Below are positions 30,601-38,314 of a stretch of 53,252 bases of DNA, piece by piece (position 1 is the stretch's first letter; each line of letters begins with the position of its first letter). Origin of the DNA: a virus (lineage: Duplodnaviria > Caudoviricetes); the IMG/VR virus record IMGVR_UViG_3300030104_004717, positions 1-53,252 of that record; one strand, given 5' to 3'. Under the pieces are notes generated by a model that had not been told where the DNA came from, did not search any database, and was given only the letters and a program-made list of their open reading frames with translations. A program made the translations under genes and the position numbers.

Positions 30601-33600
30601 GAGGCAATTAGGTCAATGGGTAGAAAGGCATACAGGGAACATTTCAAGCGACATGAAGTAGCCGTAAAAGCCTTGGTGGATGCAATAAGTGAATGGGATA
30701 AAACTTCAGGCATTAGAGAAGCAAGAGCAGATGAATATTACTCTGAAAGAGAGGGTCGAGTGGAGAGGCGGGGTGATATGGATTCCAACACACTTGACGC
30801 AATAAGGTGGTTAAGGATAGGTTCTCATGGACTGCAAAAAGAAAAAAGTGAAATTGAAGCCCTTCAATCTTTATCACCCGAAGAGATTGAAAAACTTGAA
30901 TTACTTCCTGATGCTGAAAAGTTCATCGAAGCCATTAATAGCGACTATGACTATGTCTACCGAATAAGGCGGACAAGTAGCGAAGTAAATGTTAAATACC
31001 CAAACCTTCAAGGCGGTGTAACCGAGGAGGCGCATCACGTAAATCGGTTACTTAAAGGACTGCTCACTACAAAAAAACTGTATAGTCGTCTTGAAAGCTC
31101 CTTAAAATTTAGTGCGTCTCAGGATGAAAAGATGGGCGGCATTACTCCACCAACACTCGAAGAAATTTACGAAACAATAGACCCTGAGATTATTCCTAGT
31201 TATAAGGAATTTTTAACATCCTTACAGCTTTTTCCTGACTTTTCAGGAGGTGTAGCTTCGTTAACTGGGGGCGCAATAAATGCCTTTGATCGACAAGAAA
31301 ACTCAATCTATCAAAAGGCGGAGAGTATGGAGGAAATGGCAACGGCTGGATCAGCTACAAACATACCTTACTTCCCGATTGTTAATACATGGTATGAAGC
31401 CGCTTTGAAACACGCTATTAGGTTAGCCGTTAAAAATGATTTTGATGGACTGGCGTGGGCTACAGGGAATATGCAGATTAAGTTGTATAAAGACAGACTA
31501 AGGCAAAACGTCAAAGTTATAAAGTACACAAAACAAGAAGATGATACAGTATATCTAAAAGCTGTTTCTGTAGAAGGCGATGGCGTGGACGTGGGAAGCG
31601 TTCCTTTAAAAGGTAAGCAACTTGACGCAGATAGCCGTTTATTTGGTAAGTCATTAGAAAATATTGTAGGAAAAAAAGTAGCTGAAGCTATACGCTCCTC
31701 CAAAGAAGATGAAGGAACCCATACTGGTAAAGATCTAAGTATTGGAGGGCAGTTGCACCGTATGCTTTATGATGTTGCAGCTCCATCTTTCTTGACTGGC
31801 AAAAAAGGTTACCTCAAAAAATTCAACGCCAAACTTGATAGTAAGTCATTGCTTTTTGATAGAGCTTATCAAATTCCAGAAGCTGAACGTATAAGACTCT
31901 ATAATGAGACAGCTACCAGTAGAGTTAAGGCTTCAGCCTTAGCCACAAGAGATGGCGAATTTGACGAACACAAAGAATACAATCGCCTTAGAAAGAAGTT
32001 ATTAGATTACAAGACGGATTTATTATGGGCTGAATCTGATGGTGACCTTTCGAATTTACAATTTGATGATATTTTTGCACTCACTCAAGAAATTGCAGAT
32101 TACTGGAAAAAGGTTTGGAGTCGTTTTAGAAATACCGAAGCTAGTAGCAGTCAAGATTCCCAAAACTTTTACCCACTGCACGGGAAATTTAGAATCCTTG
32201 CAGACGACATGGGTCTTTATGATCACGTTTCAGATATACCTTCATTTGTAGAATATAGAATGGGAAGCCAACCTCATGATCTGGTAGAGACTGCAACAGA
32301 TTTTGATTTTGATGAGAAGATTAAAGATAAGCAAAATTTAGCCTCTCTTATTTACGCCTATATAGATTACGATCAAAGAAAGGCGCTTCAGGAAGAATTT
32401 TATAAGCTTATAATAGCCGCTAACGAAAATCCAACGTACGCCAATAGAGTACCTTATGAGGAAACAGGTGAGGAGAGAGAGTATACTCCTAATCCCTATA
32501 GAGAGAATTATTCCTTGGGGATGGATAAGACATATAAAGGTAATGCGGCTCCTCGCTTGCCTTACTCAGGGATGGAAAAAGCCAATAAAAGCGAAAAAGC
32601 GCTTGGTGAATTTGTTACTGATGCAATCAATAGAGACAAATCAGGCTTATCAAAGTTTGTTCAACATTTAGACTTAATGTTTGAAACAGGAGGTTCATTT
32701 GATTACGCCCTACCGTATCAAAAACTATCAACTTACTTTGATCAAATAAACGATTTATTAGGAACTTTGGAAGGTAGTGAAACAAAGTACGCCGAAGGAT
32801 TTAATCCAACTCATGCTATCAAGTTTACCCCAGAGATGAAGGGTTCAACATTGGAGTACCTCCCTCCCCTCTTCGCTTTAGACCCAGTAGAAGGCAAGAA
32901 ACTTGCCGCCATTAAAGATAAGGGTGAATTTGCCAAAGCACTAGATAGAGCGCCTTCTGAGGCAATCCTGAGCGCTTATGACCACATCCCTGCTACAGAA
33001 GAGAATGACGAAAGGCTCAACACCTTAGCTGACAAAGTCGAACAGATATTACAGCCTGTTGATGATCCAAATCCTGTATCTAGCAACTTTAAAACAAAGG
33101 TGGCTTCTCAGGTTGGCAAGTTCATTAGAGAAGGTCAGCCTAAACAAATAGTAGAGGATTTAATTAACGAAAGACAACGCCTTGAAAATTACGAAGGTCA
33201 CCCAGACCTATTAGCTAAGGTTGAGGATAGGCAATACGAGGAAGCGGTTATGCGCCGCCCTAAGCCTGTAGAGAAGACAAAGAGACAACAGAACTTCATA
33301 AACCTCTACAACAAGTATAAGGACAATCCTAAATCTTCTTACTTTAAAGCCGCATCAAAAGCGCTTGAGAAAGACTTTGGCAAAGACTGGAAGAATATTG
33401 CTGAAGGGGTAGCTTCAGATTCAACAAGATATGCTCTTGATCCAGAGAATCAAAATCAAGACTACAACGCCAAGAAGGCTCAACAAGATAGAGCAACAGC
33501 AGAGCTACTTGATACAAGAAGAAAAGTTAAAGAGGCCAAGAAAGAAGATAAGAAACAAAAAAGAAAAGAAAAGATAGAAGCGGCTAAAAGGCAGAGAAAA

Positions 33601-36600
33601 AGATTCTTCTCAGGTAAGTATGATTACCTAGACTTCATGTCTGGCACTTACGGAGGTTCAGGTAAAGCTGGCTCTACATTAAGAGATGCTGAATACAATG
33701 TCGCCAAAGTAAAATCTGCCGTTAAAGAATACAGTGACTTACTCTCAAGAGAATTAAAAATTAGAGTAGGAATCCCTTTCTGGAAGTTTTTATCAAGAGG
33801 TAAAAGATTAAGACAGTTCGCCGCAGAACTTCACACTACAGCCGCAAGACTGAATGTGGAATCCTTCAATCCTAACCCTGATTCAACAGGCAGTAATTTT
33901 ACATTTAGAGGATTTGACGCTCGCATGGGATTCATGCCTGAGTCCGAAGCGAAAGCAAGAGGTTTAGTCAAAGGAAGTATCTATACAGAAAATCACGAAG
34001 GTGATACCCAAACGTTAAAGCTTGGCAACTACGTTCCTGAAATGGAAGGCTATCTTTTAGTGCAACGCTTTACGGCTGAAGAACAGCAAAGGATATACAC
34101 AGACTTTTTAAACAAGTATCCTGATCTTGGCATAATTCTAGAAAGGTTCATTAACCCGCTTTTAGGTAACGCAAGATTTACAGCATCAAGCGGCATGAAG
34201 ACTCCAATCTTCAACCGTGAATCTTTGAAGCAGGCATTCGGAGACACGGAACTTGGCGACCCTGGGTTTGTCGAGGGCTACACGCCTGATGTTGCTATAG
34301 CTACTATCCTTGGAGGAGCGGCATTAAAAGCTAAAGAGAAATTTGAAAAAGATACATTCAAAAGAAAACTTGGAGCCTTTAATCTTAAAACCAGTGGAGC
34401 TAGAAGCATTAAGACAGGTGCGGCAAGAGAGAAAGGTCAAACGCTAGACATATTTGAGGGCTTCGATGTAAGGGCGCTGGAATCCCATCTTGAAAGAGCA
34501 AGCAGGCAAAATGCTTACAAGCTTCTTGAGACATCTACAAAACCTTTACCCGAAGAGGGATTACCAGATGGGCATATTGAGATAAGCAAAGAAACGCTTA
34601 ATGGCATTCTTAAAGGTATGCTTTTAGTAATGGGTGACAAGTCAGCCAGAGGAACGGCTCTTAATAAGTTTTGGAAAGATGCAGTCGCCAACCCTGATTT
34701 AACCTCTTACACCGATAAAGTATTATTCGATGAGAAAGATGCTAACTATGATGAAAGAGAAAAGAAGATTTTAGAGTTCTTATTTGGAGACAAAAACGCC
34801 AGTCGGTTCATAGGTACGGATCGTATGATGGACAAGGCGACTTACGAAACTCTTATTGATAATCTTTCGGCAAGGCACACTAATTTTGATGGATTAGGTA
34901 GAGCGGTACAAACCTTATTAGGGCAAGTTATTACAAGCTACCTAACTGCTCCCGCAACCATCTTATTCAACTGGCTTGCTCCAAACTTGCAGGCGGCATC
35001 AGCAGGCGCGTTTAGAATAAATAAAGCGGCTATCTATCTTGCTACAGGAGTAAAGAATCCTGAAGACAGAAGAAGAGCTGAGTATGAACTTCGTGCAGGA
35101 CTGCAAACCTTAAAAGGATTGGCTACCAGAAGGTTTAGTAATTATGCAGGGATTAACGCATTCCTGTCAGGCGATGACTACATAAGAGGAAAACTCTCTG
35201 ATGAAGACTATGACAAAGGAGCAGGCAAACTTTTATTGGAAGGGCAAGTCGGCAAATCAATTAAAGCGTTAACAGATCGCCGTACAAAGTATGGGGAGAT
35301 TGTGCCTCGTGAGTTATTTGATAATAACACTCTTGTTTCAGGTATCGAGCGCATTGAGCCAAAGGATTCTATTCTTAAGGATTTACTTAATCTTAAAGGC
35401 GGTTCAGCTATTTTGAAGTTAGCTCAGTTCCACGAGATGGATCCAACAGTTAAGCAAAACTTAGTCTATGCCTCTTACAAGGCACACGCTCAGATGGCAT
35501 ATAACGATGCTGTGAGAGAAGCTAAGGCTAAGGGTCAAAAGATTGATACCCCTAAAAAGAAATGGATAAGAGATTGGATGAAAACCGTCAAAGATACGGA
35601 TGCAATCCATGAAGAAGCCAGAGGAACGGCTATGCTATTTGCTTTTGATTACAGCAACATACCGATGTGGCTTGATAGTAAGCACCCTGTTATGCAGGCG
35701 GCCAAGCCAGCACTTATTCCATTTAGTAACTTCATCTACAATTACGGCAAGCTTTTAACAAAACTTACGCCTATCGGATTAATACCTGAAGCTATAGCCA
35801 GCAAAGGCAAGAAAGATAAACTTGGTGGCGCTGAATGGAAAAACGCCGCTTCAGGATTTAGTATGTTTGCTATAGCTACACTTCTTTGGGATATGCTCGG
35901 TGACGATGAAGAGGATGAATCAGAACTCAAAGCAGGCAAGATAGGAAGCAACATGGACATTAATAACAAGTTTATTAAGAAGTTCTGGATGATGACTGGA
36001 GGTAAAATAAACCTCGATGAAATGCCTGATGTATTTGGTTCAAAAATCACTAACGCCGTAAGAGCTTACTTTGAAGCTTACGGAGCTGAAAAAGCTTCAG
36101 GACATGAACTGTGGCTTAGAGGCAGAGCTTTACCTTACCTTAATATCCTAGCAACACAGGATCTATGGATTCGTGCCTTGAAGGATAAGTATATCAAAGG
36201 AGAGGATGTGGACTTCAGGGATGTTCTATCGGAAACAAAAGACATGGCTATGGAGTTTGTTCCTCGTGGCCCTGTAGCCGCACTGTTTACAGAGAACAAG
36301 TATGATGAGAATAAAACCCAAGCCGAAGAGTGGGGCGCTTTCACTTTTGATATTGCAACCTCTCGCTCAATGGTTCCTGCTTCTTACTGGAGATTTGTTC
36401 AGAGGTTAGTCGATCCAATCTATAGAAGAAAGTATCCAAGTGATACTTTTGAGTTTAATGAAACATCCACTGACCAGTTTATCAATGAATGGAAGAGAAG
36501 TATCCCCTTCTTATCTAAAACAATGTTGCCTGCTGGAAGTATGAAAACACTGAAGCTTAATAGGGAAACTCAGGTGGGTGATAAAGATTCAGAGGAGTAT

Positions 36601-37362
36601 GTGGAAACAACAAGTTTTGATCACGCTATGCTTCAACGTGAGGACGTTAAGGCAGACTTAAGTCAGCTTGCTGATATGGGAATTGACCTAAGTGAGTCCA
36701 CTAGAGTTTTAACCGACAAAGACGGTGAATTAGTTATTAAATACCCAGACCCAACAACCTTAAGAATTGTGACTCCTGCTGAAAGGATAATAACCATGCT
36801 CTTTAGAATAGAGTCCATGCCTTCAACGGAGAGAGCTTTAGCGAGGACAGGTTTAGAAGACTTTAAAGCAATGGATAGACTTATTGCCAAGGCAGTTAAC
36901 AATCCATACTCATTAGAAAAGCCAGACAAGAAAGCCTTGCAGGCATGGGCTGAATATACTCACAGTCCAGAATACCACGACTCTATACGCAATATTATCA
37001 ATGCTGAAGGTTCGCTGGCTGAAAGGTTGCAAAGAGAAGAGAGTATTGATGGACTCCCTATCAATTATGACGAAGACGGTAAAGAGATTCCTTTACCAAA
37101 AGACTTCCTGCGTAAGGTTGTTGAGAACATGAGCCGTGACCAGTACGGCAACTTGGTTAATGCCAGCGACAATAGACCAATGAACTTAAGTCTACACAAG
37201 ATGTGGTCGGTCGTTCCTATTGACGAGGAAAATGTTTCTGAGTTCTTAAACCCAATGAACTACACTTTAGAAAATAAGAAGAAGTCTACCTCCTACAAGA
37301 GAATGCTTCCTTACACTGAGGAAGGTTTAGAACTACCAGATAAGGTATTTAAAACTAAATAA
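21622..37362 (+). CDS. Giant polyvalent protein (5246 aa), probable injected internal virion protein: zincin metallopeptidase, LPD5-like, LPD1-like, ParB-like, ADP-ribosyltransferase-like and unknown domains
   Basis: HEFMH...EEEAIA (aa 1647); DFGQKIGGAKKD (LPD5-like); FRGVEFGNY...HEWFHGLD...ELAARAFE (LPD1-like); ENGRHRYAVLRDLG (ParB-like); WHGT...WFAED...IDNPY...DGVIIENV...VFESDQIKS (ART-like); LFIEEIQSD domain. Confidence 0.85.
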   Translation: MARPKKNPFGEKKNNGIGYDGTRTNNPYATPTSSRKRRQQWDMANQANLVWEEKQAAKRRAAANRARIEQDRIAADNEKNNKKAREAFIRKNNIKPASIDHWYEEGGVQRPYFNQSKDWESQGFEANEFGVASEVFRNRKGKYERRDPLKTGNYKIDPKTGETYITLPDGTKYPIGTNKEKYFEAVQDKAVEQANAFELNKEQEAENKGYDLDKKRAEVSAQQRLIDHRKKTTKGYEAGEKGVRKLTSQNKQYDEDYANLQTLEEEQARLQNEKTQTDYEAIKQARFTNYLKTRPYTGSLDESLRSLEEYEEKGSLYKNIGPAGSFYMAPLDQGTENEEKRPPEANPVNTSEGKLQVTPPKDDQSDSTVEVQAIGESLHSGTTVQDNKVKIKAHHAENNPKDEEAQIKATEAKDKQANRNSPTSEKAQAQIPVILNAPDVSLSKLYQSIDELTNTDEGQPKLAIGTAGYDGSNISVAKRQLQEEAREYSLKYIYQQMLADLDNDITKSKIHTYLLMGNEAGSIFGLTGDKLRPQTQGAYEDYRTGMAFESLKDNPTKIKNWEKKLIAKRLKEYEDNPPWRIEAGATPFNVEPTAEWFDQNINVLALLNAKKRMEDHYQQDRDHKGTEWQHVEVDERTGLGFSMRLQEGNKGKPIFEYKIDGDLGDSSITKVNEYKSWDKLTMKEHMDFVSENLAVMRQDVGWFQDTFNRLVKKYGQGVMNLAYLPHRTFGTYYWARGTEELKKRVNDQYDKVFPTSVASDFKARTSTAAQTWNGLVDGFAQLFQFSQAYKAGGFWGAYSTNFATQSEAMVSEAFEAGMSPKGTLALYVNASLIAGVDSLADRFLIKSGSVFKNALPKSAYQKLVATTGGRYLTATGGLLAKGGTEGGTEVVQTFWENVYAQHSFDPDRKYSEGGLVSFYVGALLGTTMGTRSFATDISQGKQRAKDVQVVAEELKKIEDAEKGGDTAKEELSKNADEEVNLGDIIDARNSVTAAHANKAASLLNIGVAKQTVARILANQNISPETQEAILLSVSEGGTGLFNAIAVGNKYSQDIPLLSEENINAIFAALEVNGEATLSEKDAAVAALEGYIFIAREAENILENGKATLDEYAQPLIEIGLATQDPDGGMKVNASAAKILPHNLAERVRNEADVQARGKIDTNVESAMEGDTATDSAIDENIEDGRKTISAVADDVLNEPTKTKYEIRIVPKSDPENYIALTPMELSSVEKGMEIGRTNAKTLGIVGEYEIEVTQLSPPQTQDVPELKPAKRVDGQEKPETTEQTSDLTDEQRTTLDEEQAREADSIADSQAQREAQEQEANIGVPKSRGEFGQDKVGTGEFGQELPSTQNRADGVDIKDDQETIQTPQGNVQEDINDPTTFTGEAESVRQREKNKEEEEKEPIQEQTSPNEERVLTPQVETPVGKPRKTSDLVDNFEQDPVIAAIIDEGGLISKSRAQKENKEKYEQNKDLWDDVPYLGNPALNGIYSKTGGMMPDQMLRALIGRGLFGEYDSLSKMYDAIERASNSAKSITANQKTQEEDWSKEERLANLPTQLKTSPNGQNILVDSLNKSQPWAQKFIPVDIDSVDDRINLPFIFALEQRTGRRIILVEPANKDDAGVKMSGTFDNGTIFINLDGDKAPLATAMHEFMHSVRRESPELYNQFKRAVINSARSFPELVTTVTGQYLEAYNGNWSLVEEEAIANIAGDLAMDRKFWNKFLAKEPKISEKIVGSFVSFLDGLRNKFRRTPRKGRTWEAVDALSGLDEVRASLADVITQSQNYNRIVGSGKTFPVLGDLKMFALDPDQGSFDFDSAPARKAIKRTQQQLFNFESKRQPRKTLPKSEPELPKPTGEIKDFGQKIGGAKKDIYAAYLEKMESFVGDDASITMAKDFPMPNYKQLAKEGVSIETLASIAAIRDSIDAKPKGKFKLRNWAETFRTLRGIATQLLTEPDSEVANAWKEILSREAGVLKDIKSYSFVKRESTQEDYDLRKKAGIVPSNGVNSQLGKIASKTMLYRALGLPDFTKAKKWGIGYFRNVNYDKQGEPLDKPANAYVAKYNKRAKITAPKSFKTDPQEAIMEIADQIKRVMKTDPDPDKEDRRRKPYGVYQSRLDQSIYIAKKVGRRVVRLKDGFKSVTEAHAYLRGNFDEIEQLFNEKKEVKLRREDNRPREGERLRKPQENIDPDQFMSRFGFRGVEFGNYVENKRRQQNLNETYDALNDLGAVLNIPTEALSLDGTLALAFGARGSGGKGAASAHYEPIKIAINLTKKKGAGSLAHEWFHGLDNYYSKLNEKDKTDVGASGYITQKISVKEGGTRMYPASQYVDENVIMGFVDLMSQIEKSDFKKRAEKFDEARTEDYYSTNIELAARAFEGYVVNKLSESGITNDFLANIDPRGGAYPTSQEQTETFTPLFDHLFSQMSYAKTDRGTKLFALDPETKRGIINRISPRGTPSEDSRFVEVNVKDFDKLFKNDTADTYIGKGGEGGIANRYEAFKEYLGTNLPIAASEAFLKIGRDGKLASAGFENGRHRYAVLRDLGLRSIKMHISGDAKALKKAEDEGLISEELITQEPARTYSPKEIEDAIKKSPTKRFAIDPETEAEYLRLAEEPDNNYWSLTKLLDRAAKIAGYKFKGWHGTPDGRFLDSDPVFRPKEWADTGVHWFAEDYNTATTYADDTRAFDYQNAEPRTDYYYIKIDNPYMVDGKGAKWRSAQGAGRTKNVIEKAIDAGNDGVIIENVRDNYQTGVVRGDKPTTTYSVFESDQIKSANPVTYDNEGNIIPLSERFNPDKADTRFALDEDPEPFYSGVVSAIRNKFPKKASIDQALAFFKPGKTAGVKKAEVDWMGLEQWILDHNNQYQKGVIKQADLFDFASLNQMNIGVAELNENSVMYSDWKQKGGENYKEFVFYLDDKASDERGTKDLYKPQHFGGIKKNILFHMRTSDRIAENGDKYLFIEEIQSDYATDYRQDSAYRQAQKDFIIELDNLVRTANNVGKEAIRSMGRKAYREHFKRHEVAVKALVDAISEWDKTSGIREARADEYYSEREGRVERRGDMDSNTLDAIRWLRIGSHGLQKEKSEIEALQSLSPEEIEKLELLPDAEKFIEAINSDYDYVYRIRRTSSEVNVKYPNLQGGVTEEAHHVNRLLKGLLTTKKLYSRLESSLKFSASQDEKMGGITPPTLEEIYETIDPEIIPSYKEFLTSLQLFPDFSGGVASLTGGAINAFDRQENSIYQKAESMEEMATAGSATNIPYFPIVNTWYEAALKHAIRLAVKNDFDGLAWATGNMQIKLYKDRLRQNVKVIKYTKQEDDTVYLKAVSVEGDGVDVGSVPLKGKQLDADSRLFGKSLENIVGKKVAEAIRSSKEDEGTHTGKDLSIGGQLHRMLYDVAAPSFLTGKKGYLKKFNAKLDSKSLLFDRAYQIPEAERIRLYNETATSRVKASALATRDGEFDEHKEYNRLRKKLLDYKTDLLWAESDGDLSNLQFDDIFALTQEIADYWKKVWSRFRNTEASSSQDSQNFYPLHGKFRILADDMGLYDHVSDIPSFVEYRMGSQPHDLVETATDFDFDEKIKDKQNLASLIYAYIDYDQRKALQEEFYKLIIAANENPTYANRVPYEETGEEREYTPNPYRENYSLGMDKTYKGNAAPRLPYSGMEKANKSEKALGEFVTDAINRDKSGLSKFVQHLDLMFETGGSFDYALPYQKLSTYFDQINDLLGTLEGSETKYAEGFNPTHAIKFTPEMKGSTLEYLPPLFALDPVEGKKLAAIKDKGEFAKALDRAPSEAILSAYDHIPATEENDERLNTLADKVEQILQPVDDPNPVSSNFKTKVASQVGKFIREGQPKQIVEDLINERQRLENYEGHPDLLAKVEDRQYEEAVMRRPKPVEKTKRQQNFINLYNKYKDNPKSSYFKAASKALEKDFGKDWKNIAEGVASDSTRYALDPENQNQDYNAKKAQQDRATAELLDTRRKVKEAKKEDKKQKRKEKIEAAKRQRKRFFSGKYDYLDFMSGTYGGSGKAGSTLRDAEYNVAKVKSAVKEYSDLLSRELKIRVGIPFWKFLSRGKRLRQFAAELHTTAARLNVESFNPNPDSTGSNFTFRGFDARMGFMPESEAKARGLVKGSIYTENHEGDTQTLKLGNYVPEMEGYLLVQRFTAEEQQRIYTDFLNKYPDLGIILERFINPLLGNARFTASSGMKTPIFNRESLKQAFGDTELGDPGFVEGYTPDVAIATILGGAALKAKEKFEKDTFKRKLGAFNLKTSGARSIKTGAAREKGQTLDIFEGFDVRALESHLERASRQNAYKLLETSTKPLPEEGLPDGHIEISKETLNGILKGMLLVMGDKSARGTALNKFWKDAVANPDLTSYTDKVLFDEKDANYDEREKKILEFLFGDKNASRFIGTDRMMDKATYETLIDNLSARHTNFDGLGRAVQTLLGQVITSYLTAPATILFNWLAPNLQAASAGAFRINKAAIYLATGVKNPEDRRRAEYELRAGLQTLKGLATRRFSNYAGINAFLSGDDYIRGKLSDEDYDKGAGKLLLEGQVGKSIKALTDRRTKYGEIVPRELFDNNTLVSGIERIEPKDSILKDLLNLKGGSAILKLAQFHEMDPTVKQNLVYASYKAHAQMAYNDAVREAKAKGQKIDTPKKKWIRDWMKTVKDTDAIHEEARGTAMLFAFDYSNIPMWLDSKHPVMQAAKPALIPFSNFIYNYGKLLTKLTPIGLIPEAIASKGKKDKLGGAEWKNAASGFSMFAIATLLWDMLGDDEEDESELKAGKIGSNMDINNKFIKKFWMMTGGKINLDEMPDVFGSKITNAVRAYFEAYGAEKASGHELWLRGRALPYLNILATQDLWIRALKDKYIKGEDVDFRDVLSETKDMAMEFVPRGPVAALFTENKYDENKTQAEEWGAFTFDIATSRSMVPASYWRFVQRLVDPIYRRKYPSDTFEFNETSTDQFINEWKRSIPFLSKTMLPAGSMKTLKLNRETQVGDKDSEEYVETTSFDHAMLQREDVKADLSQLADMGIDLSESTRVLTDKDGELVIKYPDPTTLRIVTPAERIITMLFRIESMPSTERALARTGLEDFKAMDRLIAKAVNNPYSLEKPDKKALQAWAEYTHSPEYHDSIRNIINAEGSLAERLQREESIDGLPINYDEDGKEIPLPKDFLRKVVENMSRDQYGNLVNASDNRPMNLSLHKMWSVVPIDEENVSEFLNPMNYTLENKKKSTSYKRMLPYTEEGLELPDKVFKTK

Positions 37363-37744
37363 GCTCTTTCTGGGATTCTATAATTCCTTCCATCTGCATC
37401 TTGTAATACTTATCGAAAGGAAAGTGCTTGGAGTGATCAGAGTTTTCCCAGCGCCTATAGAGAACATTGCGCAGTCTCTTTGATAGAGAGCCGCTAGGGT
37501 GCTTATTTTCGCCTTCATCAGAAGACATGGTTGCTTGTGGGTCTGCGTTATCTGGAGCGATTATAACCCGTGCTGTGGCTCCCTGTAGATCGACTAGATC
37601 ATGGTACAACTCCCTGCCACACTCTCGCTCAGTTGCTAACCTGATAGTCGCCGTAAAATCCTTGCGCCTGTTGATGCCATCAACTGTGCAATATATATCG
37701 CAAGCCTTAAGAGGCTCACCTTCTACCATTTGATATTCTTCCAT
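37355..37744 (-). CDS. Hypothetical protein (129 aa)
   Basis: Last gene of the leftward operon; SKRLRNVLYRRWE...FDKYY..QME.II pattern. Confidence 0.7.
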   Translation of the reverse strand: MEEYQMVEGEPLKACDIYCTVDGINRRKDFTATIRLATERECGRELYHDLVDLQGATARVIIAPDNADPQATMSSDEGENKHPSGSLSKRLRNVLYRRWENSDHSKHFPFDKYYKMQMEGIIESQKELI

Positions 37745-37968
37745 CCTTTTATGTCGTGAATTTCACAAAGATCCTTTATGGCATCCTGCTTAGTGTCGCC
37801 GTACCCACACGGATCAATCTCGTGCTTTGCTAGAAACTTTGCTATGTCTCTTGAGCCGTACCAAGCTACCCACTCCTCATCATCAAGGGCTGTGTGTATC
37901 TTATTGTTAGCTATGAACGCCTTGGCTGGCGTTTTCCCGTTGTGTGTCTTGGGGCTGAATTTTCCCAT
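37723..37968 (-). CDS. Hypothetical protein (81 aa)
   Basis: Overlapping operon arrangement; CGYGDTKQDAIKDL motif. Confidence 0.6.
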   Translation of the reverse strand: MGKFSPKTHNGKTPAKAFIANNKIHTALDDEEWVAWYGSRDIAKFLAKHEIDPCGYGDTKQDAIKDLCEIHDIKGWKNIKW

Positions 37969-38102
37969 TGGTTACTCCAATCTATTATTCTCTCAAGTTT
38001 ATATTCGTTACTTTGACCAAAGTGTATCTCGGTGAGAGTACCGAAAAGTTTTGGGTCATGCTTAATTATGTCTTCAGCTATTTGGTGCAGTTGATTTTCC
38101 AT
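37911..38102 (-). CDS. Hypothetical protein (probable start ATG 38102, MENQLHQIAE...)
   Basis: ATG immediately downstream of the tandem RNA structures; the longer GTG start would run through the structured RNA. Confidence 0.45.
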   Translation of the reverse strand: MENQLHQIAEDIIKHDPKLFGTLTEIHFGQSNEYKLERIIDWSNQWENSAPRHTTGKRQPRRS

Positions 38103-38112
38103 TTTATAAAGA

Positions 38113-38301
38113 TTCCGAATAGTGTTAAATGGTGGAAATACAGGGGTAAACGACCCCAAAACCACGTCCGTAATTCTCTTACGACTCTATTCTATTCAGA
38201 AATTGGTTTTAAATTTTAGTAGTCAGCAAAGTGTTCAACTCAGGATGCGTCTAACAAACCTCCTCCGTAGCTCTCCTACGACTGCTATTCTTTGCCGACT
38301 A
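38113..38301 (-). ncRNA. Tandem pair of structured RNA elements (38220-38301 and 38113-38201), family not recognised
   Basis: Each copy has a 10-12 bp closing stem with G-U on the minus strand, conserved GAATAG...AACAC flanks, a TCGTAR-GAGAR-YTACGG hairpin with a compensatory change, and a second variable hairpin. Confidence 0.75.
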
Positions 38302-38314
38302 TTTTCTCTAGTTC

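Noticed and set aside
21601-36929. Numerous 60-150 aa minus-strand or off-frame ORFs inside the giant gene (and likewise inside int, dnaB, the fibre gene, terL and the capsid gene)
   Set aside because: They are shadow ORFs fully overlapping well-supported genes and carry no motifs.
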